NCBI GenBank assembly: GCA_043228905.1
Contig: JBHGNT010000008.1
Span: 9,424,001-9,488,000, forward strand
Direction of reading: 5' to 3'
DNA: 64,000 nucleotides
DNA from: Azolla caroliniana
Lineage: Eukaryota > Plantae > Polypodiophyta
In this document: positions 23,101-32,799 of the stretch, in pieces
Position numbering within the stretch: the stretch's first letter is position 1
Layout: each line of letters begins with the position of its first letter
The notes under the pieces: model-generated
What the model was told of the DNA's origin: nothing
What the model saw: only the letters and a program-made list of their open reading frames with translations
The model's database searches: none
Made by a program: the position numbers and the translations under genes

Positions 23101-23833
23101 TTTCCAACGCCTCCTGCGCGTGCCGTAACTCCCGGATTGCTTCTTTATCCGGTTCCACTTCGGTTTCGTCCGATTGCAGTAAGTAGGGTGATATCGCTTC
23201 CGCGACGTCAATTTCGAATAGAGGTACAATCTTCGGGTTCTCCAGCAAGTACTGCTCTTCTTCTTCGTCTGCTAATCCTTCCAGCATATTGACACACTCC
23301 GCATATAACGGTGTCAGATCCGTGCCGGTGCCCTTCCTTTGTTGTGTTGGTACCCCTACCTTCGCTTTTCCCCACCGGAACGTAATCATATTCCTCCTCC
23401 AGTTCTGCTTGATATGTGCCGTTTTTAACCAAGGGCGTCCCAACAATAATGGGTACGCTCCTTGAGCTTGCAACTAGAGAACTATGGCTGAGATTCGGAA
23501 TGTGTGGCCCCCGATGGTTACTTCCAAATTCCGTATTAATCCTTTCGGTCGCACCGAGCTTGTGTCAGCCATTCGGAGCCAGAACGGACATGGCTCCCAC
23601 TCTCGGATTCCAAGAGCATCGCATGTCTGGAGGCTGATTACATTAACGCCGGAGCCTCCGTCTATTATCGTGCTGGGGAGTTCTTTCCCTTTCACAATGG
23701 CCGTAATTGCCGAACTGTTGGTGTCCACCACGGCTGGTCCCTTCTTAGGATTTGAGAAGAATGTCGGAGCCGGTGGTGTTCCGCCTGTCGTCATAGCTGC
23801 AAGAGTTGTCCTAACAGCAGCGTGATCTGGCAT
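20161..23833 (-). pseudogene. Gypsy H pol (protease, RT, RNase H, integrase with GPY/F), with stops and frameshifts
   Basis: IIDGGSGVNVI (PR); VCVDYRKLN and FLDDFVVYS (RT); VDASDIAIG and NYSTTEREAL (RH); H..C..C, ATDYCTKWVES and WTGPY (INT). Confidence 0.92.
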
Positions 23834-25829
23834 TCCTGCAATACCTGCCAGCGTTATCGGACTGACTACTTCCGGCGAGCTCTTCGGTGTTCTCCTTCTG
23901 TTACGCGAGTTCTGCTACGTTTCGCTCATTGGCCTTTTTTACCCATTCCGTTGCTTGTTTCCGGATGGCCTCTTGTGTCTCCCATTCCGTAGTATTCCCC
24001 TTCGACCTTGTGGTGACCTGCTGGAGGTCTGCAACTTCGGCGACTACCATGTTTACTGCCGGTCTCTTATCATAGCTTTTTGCCGGACATTGATTACTAT
24101 AATGTCCTTCTTGCTGGCAGTAATAGCAATATGCTTTCCGGGTGTTGTTGGATTCGGCATTGTTTCCTGTACCCGGTGGAGGACTTGTGGTAACCGCGGG
24201 GCTCTGTTTTGGTTGGCTGCTTGAGGCGCCTATTTCCGGTTCACGTGGGTGGCTCCCGTTTTTGAAATGCCGTTTTTTATTAAAGTTCTTTTTGTTGCGG
24301 TACCCTTGCCGGGGTTGGTCGTCATACCTCCCGTAATCTTCCCGTCGTTGGTGATACCCGGGGGACTGATTCCGGTTGTGATTCTCGTACCGTCCATTGT
24401 AATCTCGGTACTTGTCATATCTCTTGTACCGGTCGTAGTTGTCTCGCCGATTGTCGTACCGAACATCTTGTGCCGGTCGATATCACTCCTCTCGTTGCTA
24501 GTGTTCGTCTTCTTCGTCTCGGCTGCTACGTGGCTCAATTTGCTAGACTGGTGGAGCCTACCGATTCAATAAGTTATATTCGCACCGGTCCATCGTGTGG
24601 CTCGTAGATTGGCAGAGTAAGCAGTGCGTCCGCATGGTGCACTCCAGTGACGAGTGTTCGGAATTCAAGCAGGTCGTGCATTGGATTGCTTGCCGGAAAC
24701 GGAGATCCTCATCGGTTGGTAATGCTCATTGGAGGGCTCCCATTGTTAGCCAAGAGCTCGTTTTCTCCATTTCTCGAACTGGGTCGATGACCTGGTCGAC
24801 GGTGCTTGTGCGAAAGTCAATGACCGTGCATACCGTTCGTAGAGGTTCCCGGAGCACGGCTAAAATTATAGCCCGTGTTTCTTCCTCCGAAGGTGCGCGG
24901 GTAAGTTGATTGTGCATCCGTTGAAACCGAATGACAAAGTGTGGGATGCTCTCGCCAGGGTCCTGCCGAATTGTATAAAATAAGCCCACCATTTCTCGCT
25001 GATCCACCTCCTTCTGGAAGAAGTGCAAGAATTTATCTTTTAGGTCCGCAAAGGTGGTGATGGTGCTGCGATCCTGCGTCTGGTGCCATCTGGCGGCTGG
25101 TCCTTCTAATGTCACGCCGAATTCGGCTATCTTAGATCGTTCCTCTTCTGCCGCGGTTAACCGTTGTGACACATGGTTTGCTTCCCATGTTTGTTCAAAT
25201 GCGTGAACATGAGCCTCCGCATCCAGGTCATCCAAATACTTGGAGTATTGGAACGACATATCGTCGTCCGGTGTCGGTACACGGCCTGGCGGTGTCGGTG
25301 GTCTTTCCTGCTGTTCCGCCAGCGTCTGAGGTCTTTGCCGGTCTTCCTTTGGTGTTGCCGGCTCGACTTCCGGTGTTGGAGGTTTTTGCCAGTGTACTTC
25401 CGTCTCCGGAGGTTGCTCCACGACGAGTGTCAGAGGTTCTTAGTCTGCCAACTCTGGTTTCGGTGTCGGTAAAGTATCCGACTCCTCGTCCTCCGGTCCT
25501 CCTGGGGTGTCGTTACTGCTGCGATAGTTCGTATGCGCGTTGTAACCCCTTTCCGAATCTGATTCCAGTGCTGAAAATGCTTCGGATTCGCCGTCCCTTC
25601 AAGCCAAGGCCTGGAGAAGGGTTTCCGCTTCCTGGAGGCTGCTTCCTTCGTCTGGGTAGGCATTTTGTTGCAGACGGAGTGACTCCTCCGCCACTTTCCG
25701 GATCTCTTTGGAAAATGATCGATCCGTTCGGATTTCTTCCGCTGCTTGCTGGAAAGCCCCTCGTTGCCGTCTCCGTTCAGCAGGTCTTCGTGCTCTCTTC
25801 ATAACCGGGTCGTTTGTTGGCCTAGTCAT
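23834..25829 (-). pseudogene. Gypsy H gag (capsid plus zinc knuckles), frameshifted
   Basis: ORFs 25599-25829 and 24726-25421 (TLEGPAARWH..LKDKFLHFF..IRQDPGESI); Cys/His knuckles near 24580-24690 and 24085-24130. Confidence 0.8.
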
Positions 25830-25867
25830 CCATTCCTGTCGTTGTTCACTGCGATAATGCAGGAATC

Positions 25868-25877
25868 GTGGTCGCCA
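25868..25877 (-). promoter_or_regulatory. Primer binding site of gypsy H (tRNA-Arg UCG-like)
   Basis: TGGCGACCAC after the spacer CAGTTTT downstream of the 5' LTR. Confidence 0.65.
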
Positions 25878-25884
25878 AAAACTG

Positions 25885-26111
25885 TGTTATTGCTAGGGCC
25901 GGACAATAGCCTAACACAGGGTGTCCACTTAAGGCAATAATTACAGAATGGTAATCCGGACCTAGCAATACCGATTCCGGTCCGTCCGTCCACATCTTCT
26001 TATATAATAATATGTATATATTAAGACTACTAATTACAATAGTTCCCGAATAACTATTCCTTTCACACTCTGGTTTGGACCTCCTCAAGCCTTCTTTGCC
26101 GGCCGGTAACA
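25885..26111 (-). repeat. 5' LTR of gypsy H (227 bp, internally deleted)
   Basis: Same termini as 5255-5717 but lacks its central part. Confidence 0.9.
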
Positions 26112-26116
26112 TCAAG

Positions 26117-26678
26117 CACATCTTCAAGTACCTAAGATGCACAACTAACTTTCGGATCGGCAAACCCGACCAAAGTTGATGGATATACCAATTCTGACTA
26201 CGTTGGAAAGTCAGACAATCAGAAGTAGAGATGAAGCTACATCTTCACCTATGGTGGTGGTGCCATATCATGGAGATTGAAGTTGCAAGAGTGCAAGACC
26301 CTGTCTACCATAGAGGCTGAGTACATAGTAGCATCAGAAGCAGCTAAGGAAGCAATCTAGGAGCATAGATTGTTAGCCGATTTCTCAACGACAAGTCAAA
26401 TCGATCACCCAACACCGACAATCTATTGCGACTAACAGAGCGCAATACACCTCATTTGGAACCCAGTCTGCCACGTGAAGACAAAACACATTGAGGTGCG
26501 GTATCATCACATTTGGGAGCTTGTAACCAAGAAGAAGCTTGAAGTTTGGAAGATCGACACCAAGGTGAACATCGCCGATTACCTGACGAAGCTACTCCGA
26601 GATCAACACTTCAGAGCATTGAGGACAAAGATGGGACTAAAACAAGAGACCGAGCAGAAAAAGTCAAATGAGGAGTAG
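26117..26678 (+). pseudogene. Copia RNase H of the host element
   Basis: GYTNSDYVG, LSTIEAEYIVASEAAKEAI, KTKHIEVRYHHI, NIADYLTK. Confidence 0.85.
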
Positions 26679-26888
26679 AAGATAAGTTAGAGATTCAACC
26701 GAATCGGACAAACCAACCCTGATGACTAGACGGATCAAGCTAGACACCAACTTCACCTTTGCCAACTCGGCTACATGCCGAGTGACTTGTAATATAAATA
26801 TAGATTAATTTTGCAAGCTAGGTTTATGGGGGAGATAACCCCAATCACTTGTACATGTAGAAAAGAGTAGTCCTTTTATGGGGGAGTA

Positions 26889-27147
26889 TGTTGGCATAAA
26901 AGACGACTCCTTCCACTTTGTATCCTAGTGGGAACACGTCCAAAGAGTTAAGGCGTAATATATAAGCAATAACCTAACATTGTAAAACAACTTCATGATC
27001 ATTCTTGTATCTAGAGTCTCTGAGAGAGAGACAGACAGACAGAACATAAATAATGAGAGCTTCCATTAAAGCATAAGTGCGCATCCATCTTTTGTTCATC
27101 TTCTTGCCCTCACTCTTTCTGTGTTGATTGCCGAGCATAGCTCAATA
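26889..27147 (+). repeat. 3' LTR of the host copia
   Basis: Follows PPT ATGGGGGAGTA; begins TGTTGG, has TATATAA near 26960, ends CTCAATA (CA>TA). Confidence 0.6.
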
Positions 27148-27270
27148 GGTCCTTACACATATTTCCGCACATATTTGAACACAAAATACATCACAAAACA
27201 TGTCCATCATAATCACTTCAATTATTGTTACCATAGGTATCAAATTCAAGACTTCACCCAGTAATGTTAT

Positions 27271-27352
27271 TGCTATCACATTCACCAAAGATGCCTTTCC
27301 AGCATTTTGTAACCCAATTAAGTACAACTCCATTTCTTGCTGGAAGAAAAAG
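27271..27352 (-). pseudogene. ARL8: ARL8 (ARF-like GTPase 8 / plant ARLA1) pseudo-exon with P-loop
   Basis: [27 protein letters not shown] matches the ARL8 consensus [25 protein letters not shown]; P-loop GKT changed to GKA; flanks look like mutated splice sites (tgcaa / ataac). Confidence 0.8.
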
Positions 27353-27562
27353 TTGCAATTATCTAATAAAAATTTCTCTCTCTCTCTCAACAAATGCTAC
27401 CATGACAATTAACAAACATATAGAAAGAGCTTTTGAGAGAAAAATCAAAATTGAATTACATCAAGCACATAAAAACACATCAGAATTCAATAAACTATTA
27501 AAGAAGTAGAAAAAGTCATATCCTAAAGCTTAGAAGTAGAATAAGCCATAAAGTATATTGTT

Positions 27563-27870
27563 TTAAGGCTCTACAACAGTAACCTCTACTTCCTCTCTAG
27601 GTTCAATTGTGATGGAGGTAATCTATTTAAAAACCTCGAAAGAACTATGGAGGTCAATTACTCTTTTATGCACTCATAGCTCAAACGGATAAAAAGTGTT
27701 TGTTCCTTCACCGCAAGGAGACTAGCGAGTTGTGATGTGAAGCACCTTGGTAGGCATTTTGACAGGTCATTTCACTTTAAGCCTCTTCTCCTCGACACCA
27801 TGAACCAAATCAGCACAAACTTTTTCTAAATACTCTTTGAAGAAAGAGTGATATGAATCTTGTGTAACAC
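27563..27870 (-). pseudogene. RPS20: Processed pseudogene of 40S ribosomal protein S20 (uS10)
   Basis: [95 protein letters not shown]; intronless, four internal stops. Confidence 0.9.
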
Positions 27871-27872
27871 GT

Positions 27873-30800
27873 TGTTGCGGTATTCCGTGCGCATGTGTCG
27901 GAATGGGCAGGACCACCGAGGTCTCAGACCGGGGAGAAATGGCTATCAGAAGACTGATATCTCTAGAGTCAGATACACCAACTATGACACCAACCAAAAT
28001 GATTTCAGATGCAAGCCGGGGCAGCTGAACCAGACAGATTTGGATGCATCCTAGAAGCAACTGGGTTGGAGACGATGTCGTGAAAATTCGCCAGTAAGTG
28101 CGGATCGTGAGGCGGAACTGTCGGCGTTCTGGACAGGAAGGATTTAAGGTTAAATGACTTATGCACTTTAAGTTCTAAGACGAGATATTTCCTTCGAATA
28201 AGAGTAAGATAGTATCAGAGATTGATTAATACTTAATTATAGTTATGCACAAGAAAATCTTCGAGTAAGAGATTATGTATAACACTCAGTTATTAAACTT
28301 ATACATAAACAAAGTTAAAGTAAGACAGTATGAGAGAGGAAACATGGAAAGTTTTTTATTACTAGATCATCAATTTGATGGACTAATTTTGTTACATAAT
28401 TTATCTTTTGCTATCTCCCCTTTTAGGGTATAAGAGTATGAGAGAGGGAACATAAATCTTTTCTTCTTCAAATCCCCATCCATCTCTCTTTCTTCTAGTT
28501 GCATCCACCCCCACCAAACCTGCACATCCTCCGGTATGTGCCAAGTGTTGTATTGAGTTGCATCCTCCTAGTTGAAATATTTAATCCTTTTCCTAATATT
28601 TTCCTTTCTTCATAACCTAACTATCTATGATAGAGATTGACCTTGAACCATCTCATTGGCTCCTTATGTCTCTTCTTCTAATGCCACCACGACCATTCTT
28701 TCCACCATAGCCATGGAGACCATCCAAACCACCAAATTCGTCGTCTGAGCTTTGCACCATCGTTGTTGGTTTTCATGTCCTTTTCTACCTTCGCCGAGAA
28801 TAAGCCTTCATGCACCATGCATGTGTCGCCTTCGTTTTTGACCATCTCCATGGTCAATGCACTTCAATCTTCCTTGTTCCGTCCATCCAGGTTTGTCTTC
28901 ATTAAGCCTCATCCAAACATCGACTTTAACTACTCCCTATAGCCCATGCTCCAAGTACATGCTCACATTTAGGCCCTTAGATGACCACATTGCATGTTTT
29001 CCGGTTCGTCCTTTTTCTTGGTATGCTCTTATGTGAGAGTTGACCATCGGTTGTTCGACCTTCGTATTAGTGTCCTCTTTTGAGTCGATACTATGATCAA
29101 ATCCCAAGGAAATGCCCTTAGAATTCACTTGGTTTTCTTGGCCCTCATCATGCACCATTGTGCTTTGTTTGACCTCTTCATCGTATGCATCAACTTTGAC
29201 CTTCACGTCCTTGCTGCCACCTTCCTTCTCTTGGGTCTTAATTTGGTTCGGGTATGTCTCTTTGGTGATGGCCCTTTCTCCATCGACCGATATGTTCCCG
29301 TCTACCATTGCCCAAATCTCTTGAAATAGTGGAGAGGAAGTCTTGGCACACTTGTCATCCTCCTTCATTGTGTTGTCCTTAGTCACCTCTTATCCGTGGC
29401 CATCTCTTCAAACTCATGGGCTGCATACCCATTGACCTTATCGATCGAGCATGCCTCAATTATGCTTGCCCCTTCATCATACACATTGGTTTCGACCTTC
29501 GCTTCCTCGCCGCCACTTTCCTTCTCTTGGTTCTTCATTTGGTTTGGGTATGATTATTTCGGTGATGGCCCTTTTTCCGCCGAACAATATGTCCCCATTC
29601 ACCACTACCCAAATCTCTTGAAATAGTGGGGAGGAAGTCTCAGCACACTTGCCATCCTCCTTCATTGTGTTGTCCATAGCCACCTTCATCCTGACGTCAT
29701 TGTCCTCCATTGCTCTTTTGGTCGGCTCACTCTGCTCTGACATCTCAATTGCTATTGGAGCCTTCCATCTTTGAACTATCAACCCTGCCATGTCAGAATC
29801 ATCTAGCCATCGACGACGCTTGTTGAACTAGCCACATGCTCTTCTTATCTCAACCCAATCCATTATGAGACCATTGGGTTGTGTTTCATCCTCCATTAGA
29901 CTACCTAGTTCTCGTCTATCTTTCACATCTACCGCCTTTAAGAAGTATAGAACCTTATCTCCTTCGAGAAATATCTGGTCGGTGCTTTGGAGACAATTGT
30001 ACATTTGGTCGAATTCATTGTACACCCCCAATGCATTCTTGTTCTTCCCCTTCTTCTCAATCCACTTCATCAACGTGTGTCGCGTCATCCTCGATGCATC
30101 TTCAAGCATATATTCAACCAAAAGTGCCCTTTTCGAATCCCACCCATGTTGTTTGGGTGACTTGAATCTCTCTTATACGTCCTTGCAACCAATTTGCCAC
30201 GACACACTTGAAGCTTGATATTTGTTTCTCTTCAATGACATCTCCTTGTTGCATCTCTGTCTTGTATATACAAAGTTGAAGTAAGAGAGTATGAGAGAGG
30301 AAACATGGAAAGTTTTTTATTACTAGATCATCAATCCGATGGACTTATTTTGTTACATAATTTATCTTTTTCTATCTCCCCTTTTAGGGTATAAGAGTAT
30401 GAGAGAGGAAACATAAATCTTTTCTTCTTCAAATCCTCATCCCCCTCTATTTCATCTTAAGAATAGCTCTTATTTATAGGTTTTCTATGGCTTGATTTTT
30501 TTTTCTCCTAAAAAAAGTTTTGTTTATATGAGTCGCGTTTTATTTCTATTTCTATTTCTCTTTTATAAGCCCTTCATGTAAGATATTCTTAGAAAGATCT
30601 TGATGTTAGCTTTCTTATGAATCTTCCCTTTCCTAATTTTGACAATGGACGAGGAAATTATGAGCTTTTTCCTTTACCTTGCTCCTCAATTCCATGCCTT
30701 GCGTTTTTTTTATTACTTTTTTCTATTTTTCCTACTTTTGGGAACCCACTTCCATCTTTCGATCTTTTCATCATTTATTACAAAAGTTGACTTCGCAATA

Positions 30801-30873
30801 TTGGTTTATTTGAACTACTATTTTATTCTCTTTTGATGGTGGTTTCACACTATGTGTTGAAAACATCGCGACA
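27873..30873. mobile_element. Rearranged LTR-like segment of a gypsy family carrying an internal gag remnant
   Basis: Begins TGTTGCGGTATTCCG (similar to 53743) and ends TCGCGACA; internal ~170-bp direct repeat at 28320-28490 / 30281-30452; no TSD found. Confidence 0.4.
29828..30270 (-). pseudogene. Gypsy gag remnant, same family as element J
   Basis: EYMLEDASRMTRHTLMKWIEKKGK...KAVDVKDRRELGSLMEDETQPNGL closely matches 57080-57340. Confidence 0.8.
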
Positions 30874-30918
30874 TCAGTGAGGGCATGCACATGCACCCCC
30901 GCTCTTCGCACACTCTTA

Positions 30919-31564
30919 TGTACAGAAGAGGGAAGAACAGAAGACACGTGGACTAGTAGGGGCCCAATATATATATATGTACATGTGTATATACACAAAA
31001 CGACAAGTCTCCAAAACGGTAAGAGAAGACACACCGTTACACAGGAATACATAAATTTCTTATGTATATATGTATTTATGTACATGAACAACAGTTACAA
31101 AGCCAACTTAGAGCCGGTCCAATCCAAGGAGACAGAGGAGGTGCCTGCAATCAAGGTCCAGTCGGGGAGCACACAGGCTCGCCTACGCAAGTGGGGTTTT
31201 GCACAGGAGACAATTGTGAACTGGAGCCTCCCAGTGCACGAACTCAGCAAAACCCTAACAGAAATGGAACAAAACCCTAATGGACGAGCAGAAGAACTCT
31301 AAGACGTCTAAGACCGACACTAAAAGGTGGAACCCAAACTAGGAAAAAATTGGGAACCCTTCTACAAGGGATCCTCCCTTCCTTTTATAGCACAGGGAAG
31401 GAGAGACGTTACAATGTGGAATAAATATCCCCCCTTTTGAGGGGATACTTTGCCCGATTTTCCGGACTGGTGATGGACAACACACTTAATTCCATCATTT
31501 TCGCACGCACTACAATACATACTAGTGCACTTATAGCATCTACTAATTATATACATTCTTTACA
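30919..31564 (-). repeat. Probable solo or remnant LTR
   Basis: TG...CA ends, minus-strand CTATAAAAG near 31385, AT/AC microsatellites; no TSD or partner copy found. Confidence 0.3.
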
Positions 31565-31794
31565 AGAGTGAGTGCACCGCCATCAACGATCAACCGGATC
31601 CTCCGCCATCCCAAATTGCCACGTCGGTCTTCGCTAGTCCTAAGGCCGTCCTCGCTTTCGGTGAGGTGCTCGTCTTTGTCATTAGATCTATTTGTCCATA
31701 TCAAACTCTTCCAACCTCTCAATTTGGACCACTGGCACCACCCGATCCACCAAAGTCTCTGCGCTTCCTCAGTCCAGACCCCAATTGCTTGTCA

Positions 31795-31864
31795 TGATAT
31801 GGCAAGACTCGAACCCATGACCTTTTGTTACATGGGTCGAGCTCTTGACCATTACACTATCTAT
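31795..31864 (-). mobile_element. tRNA-derived SINE-like or tRNA pseudogene head
   Basis: A box TAGTGTAATGG and B box GGTTCGAGTCT at tRNA-like spacing; similar sequence at 52957-53015. Confidence 0.4.
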
Positions 31865-32055
31865 TGTAATACGTAAGATATTAGTTTTATTTAAGATTTA
31901 CTATTGAAAATTAATGTATATTCCAGATTTCTCTAGAACATTCTAGAAGCTTTAGGATTACTCCTGAGAACACTATAAAAGGAGGCACAAGGCATTATTT
32001 TGAACCAAATCGGTTCAACAGCAGTCTTAAGCCTCCTAGCCTTCTTTGTATATTC

Positions 32056-32789
32056 TGACGTGAACGCAACGTTCCTTATGCGCAACGCTCGGCCACAACC
32101 GAGCTTAGAATGATACACAGAAAAACGGGAAATAAAACACGACACAAAGAAGGAAAGAATACACAGGAGGTTTACGTGGAAAACCCCAAACTAGGGGAAA
32201 AACCACGGCAGCCCACAGGCTGCAAACTGTCACTATGTAGGAATATACAACAGTGAGCTCACTGAGGCAACGACCTCGTGCTCACAGATCTTCGCCGCAG
32301 GCGGCGGTTACAACAGAGGCAACGACCTTGTCTCTCTCTCTCTCTCTGTACAGTTACGCAGTCTCTCTTCTTCTTGCACCAACAAGGAAGAATAACAACA
32401 ACATACAATATTAGTTTGCCCTAAGTCATATTTATACTAATACGACTTTTCGGCTATTTACAAATATAGCCACGATGGGCTCTCAGAAACATATTTACGA
32501 ATATATGTCTCTTGCTCCGGTTCATACCGGGTCTGGACCATCCGGCTCTCCGTAGCCGGGTACTCCTCATCCCGTTCATACTGGGCCTGCATCATCCGGC
32601 TCTCCGTAGCCGGGTACTCCTCATCCGGTTCATACCGAGTCTGCATCATCTGGCTCTCCGTAGCCGGGTACTTCTCATCCGGTTCATACCGGGTCTGCAT
32701 CATCTGGCTCTCCGTAGCCGGGTCCACCTCATACAGTTTATCGGCACTGTTCTTCCCCCTTCCCATCCTGAGGGACCTGTCTCCCAACA
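32056..32789 (-). repeat. 3' LTR of copia D (734 bp, four 54-bp tandem units)
   Basis: TGACGTGAACGC...CCCAACA. Confidence 0.95.
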
Positions 32790-32799
32790 AACTCCCCCT

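Larger units (their letters stand above)
5255..26111 (-). mobile_element. Ty3/gypsy non-chromovirus (Athila/Tat-like) LTR retrotransposon H with a 3' extra ORF; interrupted by copia B
   Basis: LTRs TGTTATTGCTAGGGCC...GGTAACA at 5255-5717 and 25885-26111; TSD TCAAG (5250-5254 / 26112-26116); gag-PR-RT-RH-INT order on the minus strand. Confidence 0.95.
1..27147 (+). mobile_element. Old, degenerate Ty1/copia element (3' part: RT end, RNase H, PPT, 3' LTR) that hosts the nested insertions at 265-5186 and 5255-26111
   Basis: Copia RT/RH peptide runs across the two insertions: KIPYTLAIGSIMYAMVATRPNLAY (to 264), DVGVVSLYMSNRGRKHWEAIK (5192-5254), HIFKYLR...KTKHIEVRYHHIWEL (26117-26678). PPT ATGGGGGAGTA precedes TGTTGG at 26889. 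Confidence 0.8.

Noticed and set aside
30908-31575. Possible terminal inverted repeats (CACTCT...AGAGTG) of a DNA transposon
   Set aside because: The match is short and imperfect, and no TSD or transposase is present.
31795-31864. Functional tRNA gene
   Set aside because: A and B boxes are present, but no convincing acceptor stem or anticodon arm.
32458-32790. Repetitive peptides (YEPDEEYPATESRM) and regular 54-bp repeats that look like a CRISPR array or repeat protein
   Set aside because: Head-to-tail LTR U3 tandem repeats with no unique spacers and no cas genes, in a eukaryotic TE context.
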